The translations under genes and the position numbers were made by a program. This document shows, piece after piece, positions 9,724-20,190 of a stretch of DNA of 64,000 nucleotides. Position 1 is the stretch's first letter. Every line of letters starts with the position of its first letter. This DNA is from an uncultured Actinomycetota bacterium (lineage in GTDB: Bacteria > Actinomycetota > UBA4738). A model generated the notes under the pieces. The model was not told the origin of the DNA and searched no databases. It saw nothing but the letters and a program-made list of their open reading frames with translations. The stretch is taken from NCBI GenBank assembly GCA_963770955.1, contig CAVYRK010000011.1, forward strand, positions 650,745 to 714,744, given 5' to 3'.

Positions 9724-10500
9724 CTACGAACGACGGGCCTGCAGGGCATCCAGGTCCCGCTCGGCGTACAGACGATGCTCCCATTCCTCGTTGAGGATGA
9801 CCAGCAGGCATTCGCGCACCGGGAAGCTTCGCGGCGGCGGCCAACCCGGCCCCTCGACCGGCTTGGTCTCGCCGGCGAGCGACTCGTCGGTGAGTCCGTC
9901 GACGACAGTACGCATCGTGGACATCCGGTCACGTCGCAGCTCGACGACCTCGTCCAGCGAGGGGCGAGCATCACGGTCGTTGGGCACTCCGGGAGCGTCC
10001 TGCATCTCGCTCCACGGCAGGTCCAGGGGGTCCCACGGCGACGGGTCGCCCAGGATGGCCCGCCGGATCCACGCGTCGGTGGCGAACGCCAGGTGCCGCA
10101 GGGTCTGGATGAAGGACCATTCGCCGTCGACCGACTCGTACAGCAGCTCGGCCGGCAGCTGCCGAGCCCGGTCCACCGTTCCGGCCCAGAGGCGTTCGAC
10201 GGTGTCCCAGGCCTCGCGGAATCCGGCGGGATCGGTCGGGCGCATCTTGGCCCGGTCGGGATAGCGCCGGTCGAGCTCGGCGTTCACCAGCGGCCAGACC
10301 TCGACGCCGTTGATCGTGACGTTCTCGAACTCGCCGTACATGGAGACGTTGAGCATCTCGATGCCGCGCATCACCACGTTGTGGAAGTCGACGCCGCGGA
10401 ACTCGGTGCCGCTCAGGCTGGCGGCACGGAACTGGGAGTCGGTGAGGTCGGTCCGCTCGAAGCGGGAGCCGCGGAGATCGGCATCGGTGAAGTCGGTCAT
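9724..10500 (-). CDS. Pentapeptide-repeat / DinB-family fusion protein
   Basis: The N-terminus 'ADLRGSRFERTDLTDSQFRAASLSGTEFRGVDF' is pentapeptide repeats. The C-terminus 'FIQTLRHLAFATDAW...EEWEHRLYAERDL' is DinB-like. Confidence 0.8.
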   Translation of the reverse strand: MTDFTDADLRGSRFERTDLTDSQFRAASLSGTEFRGVDFHNVVMRGIEMLNVSMYGEFENVTINGVEVWPLVNAELDRRYPDRAKMRPTDPAGFREAWDTVERLWAGTVDRARQLPAELLYESVDGEWSFIQTLRHLAFATDAWIRRAILGDPSPWDPLDLPWSEMQDAPGVPNDRDARPSLDEVVELRRDRMSTMRTVVDGLTDESLAGETKPVEGPGWPPPRSFPVRECLLVILNEEWEHRLYAERDLDALQARRS

Positions 10501-10529
10501 CCCGAATGCTAGCGACCGACGCCGACGGG

Positions 10530-11168
10530 CTATCCGAGCCGTGCCGCCGTCGGGACTACCCCGACCCGAACGTCCCCGTCACGATCGGGCCGGCCGGCTC
10601 GTAGGTGCCGATCACGACACCCGTCGTGGAGACCTTCGCTGTCGACCATGGTTAAGGCCCGACGGGATCGTGCCCTCCGCGAACAGGCGCTTGCCCGTTC
10701 CGATGACCACCGGGAAGACCCACAGGCGGAACGCGGTCGACCAGCTCGTGGCGCAGCAGCGTTTGGATCGAGGTTCCCGCTGCCGTGCACCTGCAGCTCC
10801 GGCCCGTCGTCCTTCTTGAGCGCGGCGATGCCTTCGGCCGCGTCGCCCTCGATCAGGACGGAGTTGCTCCAGGTCAGCTCGAGGTGGCTGTTCGACACGA
10901 CGTACTTGGTGGCGTCGTTGAGCTGCTTGGCGCCGGGGTCGTCCGTGTGCGGCCAGTGCGCGGCGAAGATGTCGTAGGTCCGGCGCCCGAGCAGGAGGTC
11001 GAACGGCGTGCTCATCGCCTCGCCCATGATCTCGCCCATCCGTTCGTCCCAGTAGTTCACCGACCAGCCGCCCTGGGTGAACCCGCCGCTGTCGTCCTCA
11101 CCGGGTCCGCCGGGTGCCTGCATGACCCCGTCGAGGCTGAGGAATGTGGTCACGAGCAGCGTTCTCAT
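10530..11168 (-). pseudogene. Dihydrofolate-reductase-like (RibD C-terminal domain) protein, C-terminal third multiply frameshifted
   Basis: 'MRTLLVTTFLSLDGVMQAPGGP...LLLGRRTYDIFAAHWP...LQVHGSGNL' is intact. The expected 'IQTLLRHELVD', 'FRLWVFPVVIGTGKRLFAEGTIPSGL' and 'VSTTGVVIGTYEPAGPIVTGTFGSG*' lie in three other frame segments, with the reconstructed stop at about 10556. Confidence 0.75.
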
Positions 11169-11183
11169 CCCGGACTCCTTCCG

Positions 11184-11426
11184 TTACGCGACGCGCCGAC
11201 GGCCGAACACGAAGTACGAAATGGGAAGCACTCCCGCCGAGTTGATGAGCGCGACGCAGGCAGCCCACGCCTTCTTGGACCCGCGAATCCGGCTTGCCGG
11301 GCGGCGCCGGATGTCGATGAGGGCTGCAACCCGCAGGGCGCCGTCGATCGCCGCTGTCGCGACGAGCAGGCGCCGCTGGCCTTGGCTCAGATCGCTCCAC
11401 CGCCGTTTCAGGGCCACGTCGATCAC
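11184..11426 (-). CDS. Small membrane protein, PLD-nuclease N-terminal (PLDc_N)-like
   Basis: 'WSDLSQGQRRLLVATAAIDGALRVAALIDIRRRP...KAWAACVALINSAGVLPISYFVFGRR'. The GTG start was chosen by me and is uncertain. Confidence 0.45.
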   Translation of the reverse strand: MIDVALKRRWSDLSQGQRRLLVATAAIDGALRVAALIDIRRRPASRIRGSKKAWAACVALINSAGVLPISYFVFGRRRVA

Positions 11427-11478
11427 CTTCCACCAGGGACTCCGGCACGCCCTGGAAGGGATGGCGAGAGGATAGGTC

Positions 11479-11508
11479 TTGACAGGGCGAAGGTGACCGC
11501 TGTACCTT
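11479..11508 (+). promoter_or_regulatory. Putative sigma-70-type promoter giving a leaderless gntR mRNA
   Basis: TTGACA, 18-nt spacer, TACCTT. The ATG at 11515 lies 7 nt after the -10 box. Confidence 0.4.
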
Positions 11509-11514
11509 TGTCCT

Positions 11515-12012
11515 ATGATGATAGATAAACAGTCCAGCCTCGAGGGCCCCGCGGACGACAACGGTCCGGCAGGGGGAACGTCGAGCCCGGGTTCGCCGAT
11601 CGAGTTCCGGCTCGATCACGGCTCCGGCGTGCCGACCTACCTGCAGCTGGTCCAGCAGGTCGAGCACGCGCTTCGGCTCGGGTACCTCAAGCCGGGCGAC
11701 CGGCTGCCCAAGGTCAGGGACGTGGTCGCCTCCCTGGCCATCAACCCAAACACGGTGCTCAAGGCCTACCGCGAGCTGGACACAAAGGGCCTCGCGGCCG
11801 GCCGTCCCGGTCAGGGAACGTTCATCGTGGCCACCCTCCGACAGGTGGGCCAGCCCGAGCTGTCCGGGCTTCGCGTCTCCCTTCGCGACTGGCTCGCCAC
11901 TGCCGACACGGCGGGGCTGGACGAGGACGGGATGGTCGCGCTGTTCACGAGCGTGCTGCGAGATTTCACCGAGGGCAGCGCGGCAACCGGCGAGTCGGAG
12001 GGAGTGGCATGA
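11515..12012 (+). CDS. GntR family (YtrA-like) transcriptional regulator
   Basis: 'PTYLQLVQQVEHALRLGYLKPGDRLPKVRDVVASLAINPNTVLKAYRELDTKGL' is a GntR winged helix. Confidence 0.85.
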   Translation: MMIDKQSSLEGPADDNGPAGGTSSPGSPIEFRLDHGSGVPTYLQLVQQVEHALRLGYLKPGDRLPKVRDVVASLAINPNTVLKAYRELDTKGLAAGRPGQGTFIVATLRQVGQPELSGLRVSLRDWLATADTAGLDEDGMVALFTSVLRDFTEGSAATGESEGVA

Positions 12013-12569
12013 ACGTCATCGAGAGCAGTCGTCTGGGCAAGCGCTACGGGCATGCGTGGGCGCTCAAGGACTGCACGCTGGCCATTCCGGAAGGGCACGT
12101 GACCGCGTTGGTCGGGCCGAACGGCGCCGGCAAGGTCCGGGCCGGGACGGCCCACGCGGCGTTGGTGTTCGACGGTGACGACTGCGTGGGCTGGTGCCAG
12201 TTCGGCGTGCCGGACGAGGTGCCCCGGATCAAGAACCGCGCGGCCTACGAGAAGGGCCAGACGACCACGCCGGATTGGCGGATCGCGTGCTGCTTCGTGG
12301 GCAAGGGGCACCGCCGCCAGGGCGTGGCCACCGCGGCGCTCGCCGGCGCGCTCGATCTGATCGCGGGCCTGGGTGGGGGAGAGGTGGAGGGGTACCCGGA
12401 GGACGCCGGCTCGGTGCCCGCCGGCTTCCTCTTCCACGGCGCGCTGTCGACGTACGAGCAGCTGGGGTTCGCGCGCCAGCGCAAGATAGGCATGCATCGC
12501 TGGGTCGTGACGAAGGTCGTGAAGCCGGCTGTCAGCAGCAGGACATCGCCAGGGTCTTCAACTTCGTGA
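12009..12569 (+). pseudogene. Chimeric ORF: first 42 codons of an ABC transporter ATPase fused in frame to the C-terminal part of a GNAT acetyltransferase
   Basis: 'LGKRYGHAWALKDCTLAIPEGHVTALVGPNGAGK' (up to Walker A) is followed abruptly at about 12135 by 'VRAGTAHAALVFDGDDCVGWCQFG...RRQGVATAAL...GGGEVEGYPED'. Confidence 0.75.
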
Positions 12570-12618
12570 GGCCGCCGTCGGCGCGGTACTGCGAGCCCAC
12601 CACGGGGGGAGGGGCGGA

Positions 12619-13284
12619 TCAGCGAGCCAGGACAGCGCTCGAACCGAGAACGAGTCCGAGGATGAGCGCGTAGTGGCACGCGCTCGCGCCGACCACCATC
12701 GAGTGCCAGACCTCGTGGTATCCGAACACTCGGGGAGAGGGATTCGGCGACTGACGCTGCAGGACGACGGCGCCGACCGTGTACAGCACGCCTCCGCCGA
12801 CGATCAAGGCCAGGCCGCCGGGCGAGAGCCCCTCCAGCACGAGGCGCGCGGTCAGAATCGCCAACCACCCGAGCCCGATGTACAGGATCGCGGTCAAGAT
12901 CCTGAAGCCGTCGACGTTCGTGACTTTGAGCACGATACCGGTGATCGCACCGATCCAGACCGCGGCGAGCACGACGTACGACCACGGAGCGGGCAGGACG
13001 AGAAGGCTGAACGGGGTGTAGGTGCCGGCGATGAGGAGAAAGATCATCGAGTGGTCCAGCCGCCTCATGACACTGACGCCTCTGGCCGTCCAGTTCCGAC
13101 GGTGATAGAGGGCGCTGGTCCCGTACATCGCCACCAGGGTCACCGCGTACACGAGGGCCGAGCCGCGCGCCGTTGAGCCTCGTGCGACGGCCACGAGCAC
13201 CGCTCCCGCAGGGATCGCGACGAAGAACGCGATCTGGTGCAGCCGTCCCCGCAGGAGCGGTTTCGGCGGTGCGGAAATCCCCAC
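12619..13284 (-). CDS. Hemolysin III / PAQR family membrane protein
   Basis: 'LRGRLHQIAFFVAIP...SALYH...LDHSMIFLLIAGTYTPF...HEVWH'. The GTG start overlaps the csp stop by 1 nt. Confidence 0.85.
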   Translation of the reverse strand: MGISAPPKPLLRGRLHQIAFFVAIPAGAVLVAVARGSTARGSALVYAVTLVAMYGTSALYHRRNWTARGVSVMRRLDHSMIFLLIAGTYTPFSLLVLPAPWSYVVLAAVWIGAITGIVLKVTNVDGFRILTAILYIGLGWLAILTARLVLEGLSPGGLALIVGGGVLYTVGAVVLQRQSPNPSPRVFGYHEVWHSMVVGASACHYALILGLVLGSSAVLAR

Positions 13285-13499
13285 TAGCCCGCGGATGCGC
13301 TCTTGACGTTCTGCGCCTGCGGACCCTTGGCCCCGTCCACGACGTCGAACTCCACCCGCTGGCCCTCTTCGAGGTTCCGGCGCCCCGGGTCGCCCCCCGT
13401 GATCGCGCTGAAATGCACGAACACGTCCGGCCCGTTCTCCTGCTCGATGAACCCGAACCCCTTGTCGGGGTTGAACCACTTCACTGTGCCCGTTGCCAT
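13284..13499 (-). CDS. cspA: Cold-shock protein
   Basis: '[30 protein letters not shown]' contains the RNP1 and RNP2 motifs. Confidence 0.95.
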   Translation of the reverse strand: MATGTVKWFNPDKGFGFIEQENGPDVFVHFSAITGGDPGRRNLEEGQRVEFDVVDGAKGPQAQNVKSASAG

Positions 13500-13749
13500 A
13501 CCGATGTCACTCCTTCCGCGTCTTCGGTTGCGTCAGCCGGCGCCTCGCGGACTGGTCCCGGCTGGTGTTGGATGGCGCTCGTTCCGCCACGACTCACGGG
13601 CTCGATGCGAGGAGGAGCGACGATCTTCCCGGGGCCCGGGCATCGTCTTCTCCTCTCTGCAGGGATTCGCGTGAGGGAAGACGGAGCGCCCAAGCTCGCC
13701 CGAATCGTGGGAAACGCCAGTTCATGGTACAGCCTGCGCCGCGGCGCCG

Positions 13750-14727
13750 TCAGAGCCAGTCGATGCGCTTGAACAACAGGTAGAGGGCGCCGCACGCCGC
13801 GAAGATCAAGGTGGTGGAGGTCACGACGCCCCACGTCCTCAGGTAGCCGGGGTAGGGGACGTTCATGCCGTAGTAGCCGGTGATGAACGCCGGCACGGCG
13901 ATGATGGCCGCCCAGCTGCTGACCTTCTTGACGATCTGGTTCTGCCGGTAGTCGCGCAGGCTGAGATTGGTCTCCACGATGGTGCTGACCAGATCGCGGA
14001 GCGAGTCCGAGGACTCCGTGACGCGCAGGATGTGGTCGTACACGTCCTGGAAGTAGGGATAGAGCTCCTCCGCGACGGCGGACTGCTCCGTGCGCATGAG
14101 GCTGCTGATCGCCTCCCGCATCGGGACGACGAGGCGATGGAAGCGAACCATGGCTCGGCGCATGTCGAACCAGTGGCGCATCTGGGAGGGATCGAGGGGA
14201 TGCTCGGCGAAGATGCCTTCACTGACCTCGTCGTAGTACTCGTCGAACGTCTGCACGGCCTCGAAGTAGCTGTCGATCACCACGTCGAGCAGGCCGTAGA
14301 GCAAGAAGCTCACCCCGTACTTGGCGAGATCGGGCGAGCGGTCCCATCGCTCGAGCACGGGCTTCATCGAGAACAGGTCGTTCTTGCGGACCGTGATCAG
14401 CCACCGGGATTGATGAACGCGTCGATCTCCGTCTCGTCGAGGCCGGGATTCGCGACGTCGACGCGCACCGCGTGGCACGACAAGAACAGATGGGTCTCGT
14501 ACCGGTCGAGCTTGGGACGCTGGTGCGGCGCTGAGGGCGTCCTCGACCGCGAGCTCGTGCAGGCTGAGCTCGTCGGCGAGTTCGTGGAGCTGCTCCATCG
14601 ACGGACCGCAGAGGTCAACCCACACCACCGTGTCTGACTGCTCCAGGTAGTCGGAGACGTCGGCGAGCGGGAACCCGTCGGCCTCCAGAACGCCCTCGCG
14701 ATACACCCTGGTCATGGCCTCGCCCAT
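13750..14727 (-). pseudogene. corA: Mg2+/Co2+ transporter CorA with two compensating frame breaks
   Basis: 'YGMNV' pore motif and CorA C-terminus. The conserved internal segment 'PHQRPKLDRYETHLFLSCHAVRVD...' is readable only in ORF 14397..14618. GGAGGG lies 5 nt upstream of the ATG at 14727. Confidence 0.85.
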
Positions 14728-14755
14728 TGCGGCCCTCCAACGGTCATGCTCGGTT

Positions 14756-14770
14756 TGACCAAGATGGTCA
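14756..14770. promoter_or_regulatory. Perfect palindrome in the corA-mgtA divergent intergenic region (candidate operator)
   Basis: TGACCA-aga-TGGTCA, followed by a second GATGGTC 5 nt later. Confidence 0.3.
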
Positions 14771-14914
14771 GTGACGATGGTCTGATTATGCAATGGAGAC
14801 CTGTGCGACGAGCGACTTCGAGGGACGCTGAACGTGCGATCGGCGAGATCTTTCGGAAGCGTGGCTCGGAGGTAGTCTTGGGCGCGATGGTACCGAGGTC
14901 GGGCCGTTGAGGCG

Positions 14915-17600
14915 ATGACCGCTCAGGCGCCCCCCGACCCGAACGGCGGAGCCGGCACGTCGCCGGACGCCCCGGCGACCGACCCAGAGGAACTCGAGCT
15001 CTCCACCGTTGCGACCCTCCCCGCGCCTGAGGTGCTCGCCAAGCTCGGCTCATCCGATGCGGGACTCTCAGGCGGCGAGGCGGGCCGGCGTCTGAAGCTC
15101 TATGGGCCGAACGTCCTGCTCTCGCGCGGCGTCAGTGCCTGGTCCGTGCTCGCCCGCCAGTTGCGCAGCTGGCTGCTCTTGTTGCTGGTCGTCGCGGCCG
15201 TCGTCTCGGCCGTCGTCGGCGACCGGACGGAGGCGTTGATCATCGGCGCGATCATGGCGATGAGCGTCGGCCTGGGCTTCTTCAACGAGTACCGCTCCGA
15301 GAAGGCGGTCGAGGAGCTTCATGCCGCGATCCAGCACCTGGCCGCCGTCGATCGCGATGGGTCGACTGCCGAGCTCGACGTCACACAGCTCGTTCCGGGA
15401 GATGTCGTGCATCTGCGCGTGGGCGACGTCGTCCCGGCCGATCTGCGATTGATCGAGGTGCACGAGCTCGAGTGCGACGAGTCGGTGCTGACCGGCGAGT
15501 CCCGGGCTGCCGACAAGACGGCCGAGGCCCAGCCGCCGGGTGACTCGCCGCTGGACCTGCGCTCGTGCGTGTTCATGGGGACGCTCGTGAGCGGCGGCGG
15601 CGGCCGCGGAGTGGTCGTTCGCACGGGCTCGCGCACCGAGTTCGGGGCGATCGCCGTGCACCTGGGCGAGCAACAGGGAGTCACCGCGTTCCAGCAGGGC
15701 CTGAAGGAGTTCTCTCGCATGCTCGCGATCGTGACCGGGGTGCTGGCCGGCTCCATCTTCGTGATCAACGCCGTGCTCGGACGCTCGATTCTGCAGTCGG
15801 CCCTGTTCGCCCTGTCGATCGCGGTGGGTTTGACGCCGCAGTTGCTGCCGGCGATCGTCACCGTCAGCCTGTCGACGGGCGCCCGCAGGATGGCCAAGAA
15901 GCGCGTGATCGTCAAGCGCCTCGTCGCCATCGAGGACCTCGGGAACGTCCAGGTGCTGTTCACCGACAAGACCGGCACCCTGACGCAGGGTCAGATACTC
16001 GTTCACGCAGGCGCTCGACGGCGCGGGGACGCCCGACGACCGGGTCCGCGTCCTTGGGCTGGCCTGCAGCGACAAGGCCGGCAACGAGCTCGACCGTGCG
16101 CTCTGGGCAGCCCCGAAGGCGGACCAGAGCGACGGCGTCCGGACGACGCTCGATCGCCTGCCCTTCGACCACGAGCGCCAGCTGTCCTCGGTCCTGGTCG
16201 AGACCCCGCAGGGGAAGCTGCTCATCTCCAAGGGCGCCCCCGAAGCCGTCCTCGCCCGGTGCGCGACCGTGCCCACCCAGACGAAGGCGATCCTCGACGG
16301 GCTCTTCGCGTCCGGCACCCGCGTCGTTGCCGTCGCCAGCCGTGTGTTCACCGGTGACCACTTGGCGCCGGACGACGAGCGGGACCTCTCGCTCCAGGGG
16401 TTCCTCTGCTTCACCGACCCGGTCAAGCCCGGCGTCCGCGAGTCGCTCGCCCGCCTCGCAGGTCTCGATATCACCGTCAAGATCGTCACCGGCGACAACG
16501 GCCAGGTGGCGGCGCACCTGTGCGGCGAGGTCGGCCTCGACCCCGGAACGGTCGTCACCGGGCAGGAGCTCGCGACGCTCGACGACGCCGCCCTCGTTGC
16601 CCTGCTGCCGACGACGACGATCTTCGCCCGCATCACCCCGGAGCAGAAGTCCCGCATCATCCTGGCGCAGCGCACCCTCGGGTCGGACGTCGCCTTCCTG
16701 GGCGACGGCGTCAACGACGCGATCGCAATCCACCATGCCGACGTCGGCATCTCGGTCGAATCCGCGGCCGACGTGGCGAAGGACGCGGCCGGCGTGGTCC
16801 TGCTCGACAAGGACCTCAGCATCCTCGCCGACGGTGTCGTCGAGGGCCGGCGCATCTTCGCCAACACGATCAAGTACGTCCTGATGGGCACCTCGTCGAA
16901 CTTCGGGAACATGTTCTCCGCGGCAGGCGCCTCGCTGTTCCTCTCCTTCCTGCCGATGCTGCCGACCCAGATCCTGCTGAACAACCTGCTCTACGACGTC
17001 AGTGAGATGACCATCCCCACCGACAACGTCGACGAGGAGCTGCTCGCGCGTCCGGCGAAGTGGGACATCCGCATGATTCGCCGGTTCATGGCCTTCTTCG
17101 GCCCGATCTCGAGCATCTACGACTTCCTCACCTTCTTCGTCATGCTGCGGATCTTCCACGCCGGCCCGGTCTTGTTCCGCTCGGGCTGGTTCGTCGAGTC
17201 CCTCACCACCCAGACGCTGGTCATCTTCGTCATCCGTACGCGCCGCGTCCCCTTCTACAAGAGCCACCCGAGTCGCCCGCTGCTGCTCACGACCCTCGCC
17301 TGCGCCGCGTTCGGCGTCGCCATCCCGTATATCCCGGCGCTCGCCCACCTCTTCGGCTTCCGACCGCTCCCACTCGGGTTCCTGGCAATCCTGGCCGCGA
17401 TGATCGCCACCTACCTGGTGCTCGCGCAGGTCGGCGTCGGGATCTTCTTCGAGCCGACAGGCGGCCGCTCGCTGGCCCGCATGATCGGCCGCATGGAGCG
17501 GACCATCACCCGCCGGGCGGGCCGGTGGAGCAGTTGGCGAACCCCGACGGGCGTCACGACGCCGGCCCGTTCCCGAAGACCGAGGTCGCACCGAGTCTGA
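14915..17600 (+). pseudogene. mgtA: Mg2+-importing P-type ATPase (MgtA type), frame broken near 15997
   Basis: 'DKTGTLT', 'TGDN', 'GDGVNDA' and 'KYVLMGTSSNFGNMFS'. After 'DKTGTLTQGQI' the protein continues in the frame of ORF 16269..17600 ('SFTQALDGAG...LPFDHERQLSSV'). Confidence 0.85.
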
Positions 17601-17721
17601 TTGAGGCCGGCCATGCCGTGTCATGTCATGAACTCTCCCTGAGTTGCACTGAGCCCGACCCTGTCGTCAGGCATCGGGCTCAGTGCGATTCGACCTGTCG
17701 TAATGCCAGGGGTTCCCGCGA

Positions 17722-18994
17722 TCACGTCACGGTGAAGGACCGCCCCGCAATCTGTCCGCTCCTCACTCCCTTCGCCTTCACGTGTTGCACGCCCGGGGTG
17801 GCCCCGGCCGGGATCGTCACATGCTCTTTGAACGCGCCGGTCGCGTCTGTCTGCACCTTGTCGAGGAGGGTGTTTCCGTTCACGGAGTCGACGAACAGGA
17901 CGTTGACGCTCTCGCCAGCCAGGAATCCCCAACCTCGGACCAGCGCCCGCGTTCCCGGCGGTCCCGAATGGGCGCTCAAGTGGATCGAACCCGCGGCATG
18001 CTGCATCCAATCGGTTCCGTCCCAAGTCCAGGTGTCTCCGTAGGCGAAGTCCCCGTAGATGTCGCCGACGCCACCGAAGAGCACGATGTGGCCACCAGTT
18101 GCGTCAAAGGTCGCGCCGGGCCAGGCCCGCGCTGCGGGAACGTGAGCCGGGAAGCGCTGGGTCCAATCGTTTCCGTCCCACGTCCAGGTGTCGTTGAGCC
18201 AGCCCTGGCTGCCGAAGCCTCCGAAGAGCAGGATCTGACCAAGTGCGGCGTCGTCGGCCATGCCCTCGGCATATCTCGCCGGCGGCGAGTGCGCGGGATG
18301 CTGCTCGGTCCAGTCGGTTCCGTCCCAGGTCCAGGTGTCGTTGCCGCCGACGCTGGTGCCGCCGAAGAGCACGACCTGCCTGAGAGCCGCGTCGTAGGCC
18401 ATGCCGGGCCAGTATCTCGCCGGCGGCGAGTGCGCGGGATGCCGCTCGGTCCAGTCGGTTCCGTCCCAGGTCCAGGTGTCGTTCAAGGCTTCGTCTTTCG
18501 AGCCGCCGAAGAGCACGATCTGTCCATGGGCCGCGTCGTAGGCCACGCCCGCCGCCTTCTCGCGCCGGCGGCGAGTGCGCGGGGTGCTGCTCGGTCCAGT
18601 CCGTGCCGTCCCAGGTCCAGGTGTCGTTCCAACCGTAGTAGCCACTGAAGAGGGTGACCTGGCTGTGGGCGCTGTCATAGGCCATGGCCTCGTCGAATCT
18701 CGCCGACGGGGCGTGATCGGGGCGAGGGTTCGTCCAACGAGCGCCGTCCCAAGTCCAGGTGTCACCGAACTCGGGGTAACCGAGGCGCGTGCCGCCGAAC
18801 AGCGCCACCTCGCCGCGGGCGGCGTCGTAGGTCATCCCCACGAAGAATCGGGGTGATGGCGAGCCATGCGCCGAGGCGGTGCCGAACGATGTGCCTGCGG
18901 CGGGAAGGGACAGTGCGACCGTTGTCGCCAGCGAAACGACAAGCACCAGCCCAGCCCGAAGCAGCTGATTCATGCGATGGATCATCTCGAACAC
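17722..18994 (-). pseudogene. Secreted Kelch-repeat beta-propeller protein, frame broken near 18563
   Basis: Signal peptide plus six 'DTWTWDG.DW...HP...P.AR' blades, split between ORFs 18104..18994 and 17722..18765. Confidence 0.8.
18100..18850 (-). repeat. Intragenic tandem repeats of about 150 bp (Kelch blades) with long near-identical DNA stretches
   Basis: For example, 'ctcgccggcggcgagtgcgcgggatgc.gctcggtccagtcggttccgtcccaggtccaggtgtcgtt' occurs at about 18275 and about 18410. Confidence 0.75.
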
Positions 18995-19245
18995 CCCTTT
19001 TCGCGGTCCGTCGGAGGGTTGGTCTGGCGCGTGTCCGCCCGCCGCTCCAAGGGCCTCACTGCGAGGCTAGGCACCAGCGGTCGCGCCTCGTGCAGCCGAA
19101 GGACCCGCCACCCTCGGGCCCAGAGCTCGAGGCACGTAGCCAGCGCCATGAGGGCCACATGGCCACTGGACACACGTCCATTTGACTGCGTCATCCGTGA
19201 CTGGGGCGTCCATCGTTGATGTGGTCCCTTTGAGGGGAGGCAGTC

Positions 19246-20190
19246 ATGCGTCATTCACTCCGTCTTCGGCTTGGTGGTGTTGTCGCGGCGGTGATTCTGG
19301 CCGCGTTCACTGCTCAGGTTTTCGCGGCACCCGCGGGCGCCACCTCGCCGGGGAGGAACGGCCGAATCGCGTTCGCTCGGGCACTTCGTTACGGCACCCA
19401 GCCCCCCTGGGTCGTGTACTCCATCCGTGCGGATGGAAGCGGCATCAAGAAGCTCGTGTCCGATGCTGTCAGCCCGGCCTGGTCTCCCGACGGCACGCTG
19501 CTGGCCTACGTGAACTACCGGTGGGACGGCACCCCCAGGGCCATCTGGGTGATGAACGCCGACGGCTCGGGCCGTCACCAGGTCACGCACCCCGATCCGG
19601 AGACACAGCAGGACGGGAGTCCGACCTGGTCACCCGACGGATCCAGGATCGCGTTCATCCGACCGGACGCAGCCGGCCCCGAAATGTGGATGGTGAACGC
19701 CGACGGGACGGGATTGATGCAGGTGACGACCGACGGTTTGGCTCAGGACGCGGCATGGGCCCCGAGCGGGAACCGGATCGCCCTCACCAGGTGGAACTCG
19801 AGCCGCACCTCCATGGGCGTCTGGGTGATCAACGCCGACGGGACGGGGGCACGGCAGATCACGCCTCCATCGCTGCGTGCGCGCGAGCCCGCCTGGTCCC
19901 CGAACGGGCGCTGGATCGCCTTTACGGCCGACAAGGGCAGCGACAACGGAATCCGGTTGGCCGTCTCGGTGATCCGGGCCGACGGATCCGGGCTCCGGCG
20001 GCTCACGCCCTATGAGGGCAACGGCGAGCCGTGCTGGTCTCCCGACGGCAGCCGGATCGCGTTCGGCAGCGTCCGCTCCGGCGCGAACAAGATCTGGATC
20101 ATGCGGACGGACGGCACGGACGTTCACCAGGTGACCTGGCTGGCCAACACATCCGACGCCGGTTGCGACTGGCGGGCGATCCCCAGCTAG
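19246..20190 (+). CDS. Secreted TolB-like PD40 beta-propeller repeat protein
   Basis: Signal peptide. Repeated 'SPDGS.IAF...I.vMNADGSG..qvT' units. Confidence 0.8.
   Translation: MRHSLRLRLGGVVAAVILAAFTAQVFAAPAGATSPGRNGRIAFARALRYGTQPPWVVYSIRADGSGIKKLVSDAVSPAWSPDGTLLAYVNYRWDGTPRAIWVMNADGSGRHQVTHPDPETQQDGSPTWSPDGSRIAFIRPDAAGPEMWMVNADGTGLMQVTTDGLAQDAAWAPSGNRIALTRWNSSRTSMGVWVINADGTGARQITPPSLRAREPAWSPNGRWIAFTADKGSDNGIRLAVSVIRADGSGLRRLTPYEGNGEPCWSPDGSRIAFGSVRSGANKIWIMRTDGTDVHQVTWLANTSDAGCDWRAIPS

Noticed and set aside
14794-14914. Possible M-box (Mg2+) riboswitch in the mgtA leader
   Set aside because: The leader is only about 120-190 nt, and I could not find the conserved M-box core segments. A covariance-model scan is needed.
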